Shown here one piece after another: positions 40,772-54,800 of a DNA stretch of 64,000 nucleotides. The translations under genes were made by a program, and so were the position numbers. This DNA is from Octopus sinensis (Eukaryota): the NCBI RefSeq assembly GCF_006345805.1, contig NC_043011.1, forward strand, positions 21,960,464-22,024,463, in the 5' to 3' direction. Each line of letters starts with the position of its first letter. Position 1 is the first letter of the stretch. The notes below the pieces were generated by a model, which was not told the origin of the DNA, did not search any database, and saw only the letters and a list, made by a program, of their open reading frames with translations.

Positions 40772-43700
40772 GATATGTACTTATTAGATGTATTGTAAAT
40801 TAAAGGATTCAATATTTTTACCCACAAGAGAACATTAGAGGTGGCTAAGATAGTATACTGCCTTACTATAAATGCTGTATGATAACTAGAATCGGCTTTA
40901 CCTTTTATATTCTGGTGTTGATAAAATAAATTGACAGTTTATTTAATGATTTTAATTCAATAAACTACAATATACTTCTCCAAAACAAAGCAAGAAATAG
41001 TTGTTAGCATATTGTAACAATTGTACTGATTTATGGGTACATATTTTTTTCTGATGTTCGAAGCATCCCACAGTTCTGTGATGGTTGGTTTTTCAGTAAA
41101 GAAAACAAATAAGTAATCTAAAAAAAAACAAATCCCTAGTTTATCATGTAAAGCCTTCAATAACATACAAAAAGCTAAAACAAAATCTACTGTGACTTCA
41201 CCTCACTGAAGAAGACTGACTAGGAAATTTCAAAATTTACAACACATCAGAACATCAGAGAGATGTTCAAAAGTAACACCACATTTTACATTTTTTTTTT
41301 CACCAAGGTGGCAGGCACACAATTCAGTTCTTATAACATTCCACACATATGTGAAAAGTCTTACAAAGAAAGGACTGGGTAGTTTCTATAGGCCAGAATA
41401 AAGGATTTTTGGAAAGTTTTAACCAGCCATATCTGGTGGCCCAAATATTCTACTTGTTTTATGTTCAAACTGGCTGGATCTGGCCTTTCACACCTATCCT
41501 ACAATGTCATTCTAAAAATAGATAATAATAATCATCATTTAACATTCGTTTTCCATGCTGGCATGGCAAGATGTTTTTACTGGAGCTGGTAAGCCAGAGA
41601 GCTGCACCAGGCTCCAGTTTGTTTTGGCTTGGTTTCTATGACTGCATGCCCTACCTACAGCCAGCCACACCATAGAGTGTACTGGGTGACTTTTACATGT
41701 CACCAGTACAGGTGCCTTTTATGTGTCACCTGCACCTCACATCATTTAAATCTTGAAGCTATATGAGATAAACTATGATTTATTCAAAAGAATATGAATA
41801 CATAAGCATTACATTTGGCAGAGTAATCTGAATATTAAAGGGTTAATGACACAGACTTGACAACTGGTGTTGGTTTGTGTATATCCCCATGACTTAGCAG
41901 TTCAGCAAGAGACCAATAGAATAAGTACCAGACTTTAAAAGATAAGTATTCAGGTTGATTTGTTTTACTAAACCCTTCAAGGCAGTGCCCCAGCATGACC
42001 ACAACCCAATGACTAAAATGAGTAAAACATAAAAGACAGACTAAAAAATGGCACTTGAAAAAGAAGAATCAGAATATATTGATTAAAATGTAATTTTATT
42101 TACGGAAAAAATATAATCAGGATACTAAAGAAAAGATTCATCTTCCTACAACAATAAACATGTTAAAAAAGTTAGTTGTTTGATAACAATGTTCTGCTAG
42201 ATAAATCTTTCCCTCAGGCTATTTGTCTTCATCTTTTACTATATTTATTTACTCTATACTATCTTTCTTTAAATTTAGTCAGGCTTCTTTCTTCCTTCAC
42301 ACTCTTGCCACCTACTCAACTTCATATCTTGTACTAAATCTTTGAGAAATAAGGAAGGAAGATTCAACAAATTTCTTCGCTCTTTCACCACTAATTGACA
42401 ACAGTTCAAACTGTTGTTGAATAGTATTAATCATATTTAATCTTATACAGTTCTCTCTGTAACTTCATTCTATATATAACAATATATATATGTATATATT
42501 GTTATATATAACAATATGTACGTATATACATTGTTATATATAACAATATATACACATATATACATTGTTATATATAACAATTGTTATATATAACAATATA
42601 TATATATGTATATTTGTTATATATAACAATATATATATATGTATATATTGTTATATATAACAATATATACCTATATATTATTATTATATATATATTCTTT
42701 CTCTTATATATTCTTTCTCTTTATATTTGTATCTATTAAAACTGAAATATATTTTGAAATCATTTTCTATTATGTATTGTTTTTGTCATTTTTATATTTA
42801 AAACAGAACATTTCATTCACATTGTTATTATTTTTTCTAGGTAACTGTCAATGCCTTGGCTGTATTTTTCAAACCACCCGAATCAGTCTATTTGAAACAG
42901 TTAGTGTGAATTACTTACTTTCATTAAATTTTTTTGTGTGATAAAAAAAAATCACATAGTTAGTAGAAAATGTCTCAATTATTCAGATTTTTAAAAAGAA
43001 ATTAAGAGATTTATTCAATATTTTAGCCACAGTAAGTACTGATGAAGAAAATGGCTTTGGCAGATCTATTTTTCCTGGAGTAGTGAAGATGGATATTAAG
43101 TAAAAATGTTGGATATGTGCAAAAAAAGAAATTAGTAGCAGCAGTGAGCACATGTGTTGGTGAGCTGATTGTGTGAGTTTGTGCATTTATATCTATTGAG
43201 GGGTGTAGGTGTGGAAGAAGTAGCAAAGAAATTAGAGAAAAAGATAAATGGTTGTTGATACCAAAAGGAGAGAATGCTCCCAGTTGGAAAATCAGTTTGT
43301 GTTCATGGAGTAGCATGTAGGAAAGGGATCATGGTACTGGAATAAACCAAAGACAGAAAGGTGATGATGGGAGTGGCCTATAGAAATGAAAATGTGTGCG
43401 ATGAGTTTACTAGGGCCCAAGATTTTAGGACATTATCAAGGAGGTGTTCTCTGAATAAGTCTTCCATACGATTTGTTTAACCTATAAGGGGAGTAACTTA
43501 AATAACTCAAGTAAGTCAAAATCTTTGTATTAATGAAAAATATTTTCCGCTTTGTCGATTGCAAAAGGACCTCATAACTTTTCTTTTCTTTTTTCACTTC
43601 ACTACAGGTTGTCACAAGCAGCAATGGCTAAATTTAATGAGGTGAAACAGCTATCTACCACTGGACTAAAACATGCAATTGAGCAACACAAATTCACTGA

Positions 43701-46700
43701 TATTTGTGTTTATTTGAAGTCTTCTTATGTAATCGTTCCTGAAAGTGGCTTCAATCGCAAGTAATTATCTATTCCTTCTTTTATAATTAGGCAATTTATT
43801 TTAAAACATATGTAAGAACAACATAAATTTGTCTAGAAAGAGCTTTTGTTTTATAGTGTCAGTGATCTGTGGATGTGGTGTACAATGTGCTGTTTTTTGT
43901 TCTCTGTGGTTTGTGAAGAAATTCAAGCTCACAGGACTGGTGTAGTCAATAATGGATTTAATATATTGTTTGTTGACATTTTCTGTTAGTCAAATACACA
44001 AATTGTCATCATCATCATCATCGTTTAACGTCCGCTTTTCATGCTAGCATGGGTTGGACGGTTCAACTGGGGTCTGGGAAGCCCGAAGGCTGCACCAGGC
44101 CAGTCAGATCTGGTAGTGTTTCTACAGCTGGATGCCCTTCCTAACGCCAACTACTCCGTGAGTGTAGTGGGTGCTTTTTATGTGCCACTGACACAGGTGC
44201 CAGACGAGGCTGGCGAACAGCCACGCTCGGATGGTGTTTTTTATGTGCCACCGACACAGGTGCCAGATGAGGCTGGCGAACGGCCACGCTCGGATGGTGT
44301 TTTTTTTATGTGCCACGGACACATAAAGATTGTAAGTACTAAAAGTGTGTTAGTATGTTGCTGTTGCTTCTGTGTGGTCTGAATGCTGAGGTGAAGGAGG
44401 AGAGCAGCAACAATGACCACCTTGCAGAATCATTAGCATGCTGGGCAAAATGCTCAGCAGCATTTCTTCTGGCTTTACATTCTGAGTTCAAATACCGCCA
44501 AGGTTGACTTTAGCTTTCATCCTTTCAGGGTCAATAAAATAAGTACCAGTTATGTACAGGGGTTGATGTAATTGATTTACCCCTTCCCCCAAACTTTCTG
44601 GCCTTATGCCAAAATTTGAAGCCATTATTATTTTTATTATTAATTATTATTATGGTGACAAGCTAGCAGAATCATTAGCACAATGGACAAAATATTTAGT
44701 ATCATTTCTTCTGTCTTTATATTCTGAGTTCAACTGCCACCTTTGCCTTTCATCCTTTTGGGGTCAATGAAATAAATACTAATTGAACACTGGCATTGAT
44801 GTAATCAATTATTCTTCTTCTCCCAATTTTCAGGCCTTGTGCCTATACTTGAAAGTTTTTATCATAATTATTATTATTATTATTATTAAGACGGTGAGCT
44901 GGCAGAATCGTTAGTACACCAGGAAAAATGCTTAGCGGCGTTTCGTCCATCTTTACATTCTGAGTTCAAATTCCACCACGGTCAACTTTGCTTGTTATCC
45001 TTCTGGAGTCAATAAAATAAGTACCTGTTGAACACTGGGGGTCGATGTAATTTATTCATCCCCTCCCCCAAAATTGCTGCCTTTGTAGAAAAATTTGAAA
45101 CCATTATCATTTTTTTGTTATCAGTACTGTTTTGTATCTAGGGTCAGGTTTCTTCATTTTTTTTTTATGGCTTAGCCCACTTAGTTATAAAGAGTTACCA
45201 TAGAGGTATATTTCATGGCTATGTGCATGGTATAATCGACAAATGTTTCATTACCTTAACAATGAGTGCTCTCTTCAAATTTCCTTATGATCAAAATCTG
45301 TGATGGTGTTCCAAAGAGAGAAATGTTTTCCAAAGCACTTGAAAACTGAGATAATCTTCAATAAATCTTTGATACATCCCAGCAAGTGGAGTGGATAAAA
45401 AGTGAAATATCTGCTTATTATTTATTTTTTCAGTAAAAAGAAAAATGCATAATGAGTACAGTTTCAACTCCCTAATGTAATCTCCTTTTTTCATCTAGAA
45501 ATGCTCGTCGACTTATCCTAGACCTTGGTAACTTGAAAGTAAACAGTGAAAAGAACACCTCAGATATCAGTGAAACACAGGTAATTATTATATATTTCAC
45601 AGCATTGCACAGTTTTCACAAACAAACCACTAATTTGTGTTTAATATTATATTTGAAAATACTTTGACACAGGTCTAATATAATATTCCATAATATTTAA
45701 AACAGCAAGCAAGTAGACAGAAATTGTAATAATGTGCTAAATTACCCTTAAAGTAATTAGTTTTTAGCTTTTACAGTTTGAATTCAATCTTGTTGCCTTG
45801 AATAAATCACCTCAAGAATGATTAAAAAACAGATAAATATCAGTAATGCACTGGGTTTAATCAGTTCTCTTGCAAAAAATATTTGGTCTTATACTTATCA
45901 AGAAGGAATCAATATTTAGTATGGTTTAACAGCTGTATATATATTTCATATTCAGCACATCTAACTCTTTTAGATGGTGCTGTGTGTGTGTACTCATTCA
46001 AATTATGAATAACTTCAAATAATCTGGTCTATTAATTATGTGCTTAACTTGTCTTCTGTGACCACTCACAAATATTCTATATCAACACTGTCATAGCTAC
46101 AGTAGGAAGCCTTTCTCTTTTTTTTTTTTTTTTTGATACTAAGTACTTTGTTACTAAGCAATTGTTCTCTTTGTACATGTTTCAAACATTATTTTTCATG
46201 GAGTACTACTTTGATGTTTGAGATGGGAAAGTATTTTTTATTAATGGCATCATGCATTACATTCAGGCAAAAAGCCACTAGTTTCACTGAAAGTGTCCCT
46301 TCTCAACATTCAGATGTTAATCTGCTATTGAAACCTCTTCTTTTTGCTTTTTTTTTTCCATTACACTTACATCCTCTCATCTTACTTCATCCATCTCTAT
46401 AGAAAACTTATTTACTAACTGTGTACAAGGCAACCTCACTAATGCTGGTGCCACAATAAAATACATTCAGTACCTTTTGATGGTGAACAAGCAGACATAA
46501 TTTGGAGTTGAGAGAACCTTTTAGTCTTCTTGGAGACATGACAACCTCCCTCGTTCTGGTGCTACAAGAAAATGTTCGCAGTACACTCTGTAAAATGGCT
46601 GTTGGCAGAAAAGACATCCAGTCACAAAAATTCTATTGAAAATGAAACATTTGGATATAAGGCATGTTCTGCTGATCCATCTAGAAGACAGTAACTCAAA

Positions 46701-48778
46701 ATAAAAATTGACTCAGACTGTGATAACTCATTCTATTCATGCCAGTATGGAAATCAGGCATAAAGTGATGATGTCTTGTCTGTGTGTTACTACTTCAGCT
46801 GTTAACTTCCTTTTGACTCTACAATTATTAATTAAATTCTTTCTTTGCAGGTGGGATCTCTGTTCTGACACCATACACTTTTACACTGTAAAATCAAAGT
46901 CAAGTGAGGCTCAATGTAGCAATATTTTGCAAATGAACCTGATCTCTTTAAAATATACATGTTGGCTACTGTAGTCCTAGATATAATGCCTAGGAATAAG
47001 GAGGGATGGTCATGGCTGGAATGTCTTTGATCATCTATTTCATCAGAGATGACATTAGCCTGTACAACATCAGCAACAACCTATATTTTGAATTTGCACA
47101 TAATATATCTTTTGATTTGTAAAGAAGTTGTTTGCTAAAGCTGTGACTGTTTACATTGACAGGTCAACTGTATACAAATTGGGATCGGAAGGCTCCTGGA
47201 CTAGTTATGTTTTATAAAAAATAACTTATTTACCTAAGTTCTAATATCATCTCCTTCAAAATAGGCTCCTTGCACAGCAATACACCAGTCCCAGCATTTC
47301 TGCCACTTTTAGGATCTGGCCTGAAAATTGTTTTCTGTAAGCATTCGAGGACCTTCTATGATTCTTGACAATGGTGTTAAAATAGCAACCTTTGAGCTGC
47401 ATTTTCATCTTGAGGAAGAGATGGAAGTCCGCAGCTGCTAAATCTGGTGAATAGGACAAGTGCGGAGGCAATACTATGTTGCTTTTGGTGAGAAACTCAC
47501 AAGTGAGGAGAACTCAGTGACAAGGTGCATTGCATTCATGGAGAATCCAATTTTTCGTGCTCCACAGATCTGGTCACTTTTGATGAATGTTCTCCTTCAA
47601 ATGCTTCAAAACATCACAGTAGAACTCTTGATTGATGGTCTGGTCCTGGAGGATGAATTCTCAATGCATAATACCACATTTCTAGAGATGATGCTCATGG
47701 CAGATCTTCCAGATTGCTCGTCATCTTCCAGGGACATTCTTCTGCTTTTGAAATGCCTGTGCCACTCAAAACATTGCATACGACCCATTGCCTCATCGTC
47801 ATAAGCTTGCCAAAGCATGCTCGCTGTCCCTGTAGCAGATTTCCCAAGTTTAATGCAAAATTTTACATTGGCTCTTTATTCCTGTCCATGACAAAATCGC
47901 AGTCTACAGCATACACATGATCAGAAAAACACAAATTTCACAACTTGCAAAGTAAACACAGCGATAATGTCACTTGGCATACCGCATCATAAAGACACTG
48001 TTAACTTTCACTGTCCATGTAATCATGTACTGTCATCTATTGGTGCACTACAGAATTAGTCCGGAAACTTTTTGATACCACTTAGTAGTTTTTGTTAAAA
48101 GTTAGCTAAGAGAAATAACTCAAGTGGACCATTGGCATGAATTTAGGTAATTCAAGTTGATGATGATGTACTGGATAATATAAGCAAAAAAAATATCCTC
48201 AGTGAACTGAAATTTACCTCTTAGCTGGAGAAAGAAAACAAAAACCTTGTTTAGAGACTGTCAAAGAAAAAGGAAAATACTTTTTAAAAATCTTTTTTAA
48301 TTAATTTCACACAAAATTTAATTTTCATGTTTAGAAGGGGGAAAAATCTCTTCGTTGGCAGATAATGAAAACAGCTTATGCAGCTGCATAGACATTTTTT
48401 GGCTATCTTGCTCATGTGATCTAAGAGCACATTGAAGAATGAAACACCCAGGAGGCAAGACCTCTAAATCCTTAATTCTTTTTTTTCTTTTTGTTTAGAA
48501 TAATATCTAAGCTTCTTAAATTTTTTTTTTATTTTCTAGTCAACAGTTGAAGAATTGCTCCAGTCAGCCTACGACAAGTTCAATATTCAACTTGACAATA
48601 TTCAAATGTTACTTGTTAACCAGGTAGAACTTTTACATTATATTCAGTATTGTCCAACCTTCATTTTTGTTTTTAGTCTATATACATATATGAAGTATTG
48701 CAGTATGTAAAATTTACCATCTAACCTCAAATTTCTCCTTGTATCTTGAATAAAATTAATTTTCATCATTAAAAAAAC

Positions 48779-48847
<69 letters not shown>

Positions 48848-51800
48848 GGTGTATTTAAAAAGTATCCAACTTTACTTTTCCTGCCAAGACTAATGGTACA
48901 TGGATAAAATCCTTTGGGTGGGAGGGTACACCACCCTTTTTGCACATGCAGGAAAATTTTTGCACTGGCAAACCATGTCAGTTCCCAGCTGTTATGCCTA
49001 GAGTACTAGTACAGTGTGCACTCGGCAGATTTTGTTTTCTCCGAACATACTGAGCAGAGATATTGCTACAAGTTCTGCCAAAATCTTGGTGATACTCGAA
49101 CTCAAACCCTCCAGAACACTCAGCAAGCTTTTGGCAATGATGCCAAGGACAAAACTCAAATCAAGGAGGAGCACAACTGCTCCAAACAGAGCTATACCTA
49201 ATGGGGAGCAAGGTACACTCATGTAACAGTCCAGGAAGTTACTCACGAAGTGGAAATAAGCACAGGATCCATTTTAACAGAGTATATGTGCATGCAAGGA
49301 ACATCATTAAAATTTGTCCCTAAAGTGGGGAAGCAGCTCCACATGGAAATCACTCAGGATATGCTTGACTGTACAAACTATGACCCAAACTTTGTGAAGA
49401 CGATCATCACTGGTCATGAAACCTGAATTTATGGTCTCTGCTCGATGCGTTCAGTCATGTTGCATGAAAATGAAAATCCGGTAAGCACGCACTGCATGTC
49501 TGTACTCTAGGCATATCAGCTGGGAACTGATGCAGCTTACTGACACAAAAATTTTCATGCATGTGCATTCAAATACTAAGGTCATTATTATCAACTCTTT
49601 CCACTCCAAAAATGTGTGACCTTATGCTTATGTTTGCAATTATTTCCTATAATTATCATTATAATAATAAATTGTTATTTATTTTCTCTATTTTGTTGTA
49701 TCATAAAGGAGAGGATTGGCAATCTGCCAGAAAAGAAGGAAAGTCAAAAATGCACATCTTGGAACCTATTTCTATCAACTTGCTATTTCAAAAATGCATG
49801 TTTGATAATCAAGTACAACTTGCTAAGTAAGTGAAGACATTTTCTTTGCTCCAATTAACCTTTTTATCTATTTATTTATTGAAATAAAAATAAAAGGTGT
49901 TTTATTTTTATGGTTGTCTCCCCTGATCAGTTTTACATTACTCTAGGAAAGGAATATGGAACATTGTCTCTTCTAAAAGGAGAGATGTCACCAAAGCGTT
50001 TGAATACTTTGTATGATCGACAGATCTTGGGAACTTTTCCTGATATACTTCTAATGAAAGGTAGACAGATTGTGACAGATTTTGATTCACATTCTCAAAA
50101 TTCCTTGTCTCGCAAGTTAGTTGGTACCCTTGTTGGTGCTGGCACCATGTAAAAAGCATCTAGTCCCCACTGTAAAGTGGTTGGCGTTTGGAAGGGCATC
50201 CAGCTATAAAAATCATGCCAAAACTGACTTTTCCTGTGCTAGTGCCATGTAAAAAGCCCTGAGTCCACTTTGCAGAGTGGTTGATGCTAGGAAGGGCATC
50301 CAGCTATAAAAACCCTGCCAAAACAGACACAGAGCCTAGGGTAGTCTTCTACCTGGCCAGCTCCTGTCAACCGTCTTACCCATGCATGCATGGAAGATGG
50401 ACGTTAAATGATGATGATAATTCTCTACAGTGAGATGATGATAAGGCAGCAAGCTGGCAGAAACGTTAGCATACCGGGTGAAATGCCTAGCGGTACTTCA
50501 TCTAATGCTACGTTCTGAGTTCAAATTCCACTGAAGTCAACTTTGCCTTTCATCCTTTTGGGGTCGATTAAATAAGTACCAGTTATGCACTGGGGTCGAT
50601 ATAATCGACTTAATCCCTTTGTCCTTGTTTGTCCCCTCTATGTTTAACCCCCTGTGGGTAATAAAGAAATAGATGATGTTTCTCTACCTTTAGGTTCCTG
50701 TTCTTGGAAGCTGATGCTATACTTGCAGAGTAGTTGTTACCCTGAAGGGTCTTCTTTATCTTGACCATCACTTTTTTAGTGTATGTTGGAGAGGCACTTA
50801 TGAGTCATGTTTGATGCTGTAAGCCACAGGTGATCCCTTGATACTGCATGGATGGTGGGAATCAAAGTTCAAGTATTGTCTGGTAAAAGTGAACTTGTGA
50901 TATACAGACACTATGAGCCCACACTCTGAATGACTTATCAGCAAATTCAAAAAGGCCAATTTATCGTCCTTTTCCTTTTCAGTTGTGAACTGTATTCAAA
51001 GTCTTGTTTAGTATCTATAACTCAGTAACAATTCTCTTTTAGAGAAGGAATTTCTTGTGCAATTTTCTGATTATCTTTGGTATGTTTTTTTTTGTTTTTT
51101 GTTTTTTGGTGGAAGATAGCATATATGTTTGAATTCCCCCATCTCCCAAAAAAACTTCCTATAATGTAATTACAATCTTGGAATAAGTTCAAGTATTACA
51201 GCAAGTTAGGAGTAAAATCTTCATTCCCCTTCCCAGTTTTATGAATAAATGACTAATAATTCATATCTATTTGATTAGAATGAAAGCCTTTGGAGAGCTG
51301 CCATTGCTGAGTCTGAGTATCTCTGACCGCAAACTACAAGCAATTCTTCAACTCCTTCAGAGTATTCCTTTTCCTGAATCTGAACCTCCACCACCAGAAG
51401 AAGACATTTTTAAGGTGAGTAATACAATGAAGAAAAAATATGCAGTGATGGAAATGATTATGAACAACATAGGCGCAGGAGTGGCTATGTGGTAAGTAGC
51501 TTGCTAACCAACCACATGGTTCCGGGTTCAGTCCCACTGCGTGGCATCTTGGGCAACTGTCTTCTGCTATAGCCCCGGGACGACCAATGCCTTGTGAGTG
51601 GATTTGGTAGACGGAAACTGAAAGAAGCCTGTCGTAAATATGTATATATATGTATGTGTGTGTTTGTGTGTCTGTGTTTGTCACCCTAGCATTGCTTGAC
51701 AATGGTGTGTTTACGTCCCCGTCACTTAGCGGTTCGGCAAAAGAGACCGATAGAATAAGTACTGGGCTTACAAAGAATAAGTCCCGGGGTCGATTTGCTC

Positions 51801-54800
51801 AACTAAAGGCGGTGCTCCAGCATGGCCGCAGTCAAATGACTGAAAACAAGTAAAAGAGAGAGAGTAACGACTACTGCCTACAACAGCTTACTTTTAAATT
51901 CCTTCTTCAATGACTGCCTCCAATATGGCTGCAATAACATTATATACCCTAGGGACTAACTTTCATATGTTCTATGAACCAATGAAAGAGCTTCTGTGTA
52001 GTCATTTGACTTGTTAGAAATAGCAACCAAATCACACCCTGTTGTCTTGGAAAACACAATATAGTAGTCCTAGATGCAATACATCTGAATGAAGGAATAT
52101 ATAGGCAGGTTTGAAATGCCTGAGTATAAGCCTGCACAATCAGTGCCAACCTGAGACTAGAAAACAACAGTTCCTTGTGTTACATAGATGTGCTTACACT
52201 AAAAGACTTTGCCAAAAAAGGAAAGGTGACACTCTGAAGACCAGAGAACTTGGTAGAATTGATGCAATGATATAAATCCATATTAAAAAAGGGAAATGAA
52301 AAAGATTGGGTTTTGTTGATTTTTATTCTTATTAACAATTGTTTTATTTTACTGAAAACAGAATAAAACAGAATTAAATAGATTTTTTTGTCAGTTTAGA
52401 AAATAAATTATTGAATTGTTATAAATTTTCAAAATTATACAAAAACAATAGATTAGCAATATATTGTTATTATTTTACATTTTACATCTATTTTTACATA
52501 TTAGTGTGGGTTTGTTCCAGTTCAGTACTTTGCCACTTGTTGCAGTTATTGGTTCCTTCATCTGATGCAGGAAACAACAAGAAAAACTGCCATTCTTTGC
52601 CATATTTTTCAATGTGTTATGTGTGTGTATTTCATTTTTTCTTCTTTTTCTTTACATGAATGATATTAAATGTTACAACTAGAAATCACAATGAAATAAT
52701 GTACCTTCTTTCTAATGGCTACAGCTAGTGACTAAAGGTATTAAAACAATTTTTTGTGTTTTTCTCCATTATCTTTTTTCAGGGCCCCAGTCAACTACCA
52801 TCTGTAAGTGCAAGCATTTCGACAGCAAATTTACAAGTGAGTTATATGGATTTATATTTCTTATTCTCAGTAATATTCTTGAGTTTTGAAATTTAAAATA
52901 GAATTCTTAAAGCCTAAAATTGATATTGGATATTAGAAGCTTTATGAAGTGAAGAATTATTATTTAAAAGACTGTAATATATGATATATTTATTGTACTG
53001 AAGGATCTTACTATAAACTCATATGTACTATATTAGCTTCAAATTTTGACTCAAGGCCAGTAATTTCAGGGGAGGGGGCAAGGCGATTATATCAACCCCA
53101 GTGTTCAACTGGTACTTATTTCACCAACCCCAAAAGGATGAAAGGCAAAGTTGACCTCAGTGGAATTCGAAATCCATGTGTACAGTATTAAAACTTTCAT
53201 TCGAAAGTATATTTTAAACATTAGTATCCTATCTGATATTGAAAGAAAAGAAGTTTTTTTCACTTTATTTTCCCCCTCATCATTTTAACTATACTAGGAG
53301 CTTAGTTTTTGGAAATTCTATATATATGAGTAAGGGCTGAGCTTATGTTTTTACTGTTGGAGAAACCAGTTTTTACTGTTGGATGTCCTTACCACTGTCA
53401 TATTTATGAAATGTAACCTGGTAAGCTTTGCCTACAAACATCTTAACAGTTGTAGCAGAGTTTGAGCTTGTAACCTGGTTCCATTGGAACAGCACTTACA
53501 GTGTGGATCCATCTTCTAAAGAGAATGCAAGCTACTCTAACAAACTTGCCCAAGGCACAGTCTTTATAACCAAGTTCTCCCTCAGCAGTTTTAAATCATA
53601 ATTCAATTCAACTTGAAGATTTCTGCTAATTCAACTTGAATCATAACAGAATTTCTATTGCAGCAACCACAACAATAGCTGGTTGTTCATAATAAATATT
53701 GAAGAAGATATTGTCAATAGATTGACTTGTTTCTTTAACCCTTTAGCATTTAAACCAGTCATATCATCATCATCATCATCATTTAACATCTGCTTTCCAT
53801 GCTAGCATGGGTTGGGACAGTTTGAGAGGAGCTGGCTAGGCAGAAGACTGCACCAGGCTTCAGTGTCTGTTTTGGCTGGATTTGGACTGAGTGCTTTTTA
53901 TGTGGCACCAGTACAGGTGAGGTCAAATGCCAACCACTTCACAGTGTGACTGGATGTCTTCTAAGTGACACCAGCAATGGCAGAGTTACCAGACAAAGAC
54001 CCAGTGAGAGGGGAGGGGGTATGGGCATTGGAGGCAGTGACCTTGTGCCAGGTGATGAAATATTCTGCTTGTTTTATTTTTAAACCAACCAGATCTGGTC
54101 TGTCATACCTACCCTGTAATGTCGTTCTAAAAATAAACAGCCACATCATTAAAATTTTGAAGCTACAAAATAATGCATGATTAATCAAAAAGAATGTGAA
54201 TAAATAAACATTACATTTGACATAATAATCTGAATAATAAAAGGTTAAATAACATGTAACTAAAAACCTTCATGTTTTATGTTTGTCTAGACACAACCAG
54301 AAGCTAAAAAGCCTCTAGTTTCAAGATCCTCTGCAGACTATATCAACCTTACTGATATGGAACTGAAATTTGAAATCAAAGAGGTAAATAACTTGAACTC
54401 CTTAATGCCAATCCATAATCCATAACTTCTTAATGCCAATCATGGTGGTTCTTTCTACTTACTTAAATTGTCTTTTGTTTCTATCAGGTTCGACTAAAGA
54501 TTGCACAGACAATAAAGGGCAAAGAACTTCCTCTTTTAGACTTCTTTGTCTTAACTCTTGGTACTAATGTTGTTCTGAGAACATTTGACATGTCAGTCGG
54601 TGCATACCTAGGTGGAATTTACCTTCAGCATCAGGATTTCTCCTGTAAGTACATTAACTTCTTTCTATTTAAGTAAGATATCTGTGGATAGAAAATCATG
54701 CAAAATCCCAGAATTTTTTCCTCTTGTTTATTCTCTCTATCTCTTTGGAAAAGCCAGATATATATTTTTTCAGAATAAGTTAGTGTTGTAGCTACATATT

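Noticed and set aside
41206-41240. CTGAAGA..GAAA hammerhead-like string
   Set aside because: Stem II does not close and there is no stem I complement downstream
42391-42425. 7-bp hairpin ACAACAG/CTGTTGT with core-like flanks
   Set aside because: Both flanks deviate from CTGANGA and GAAA, and there is no stem III or cleavage triplet
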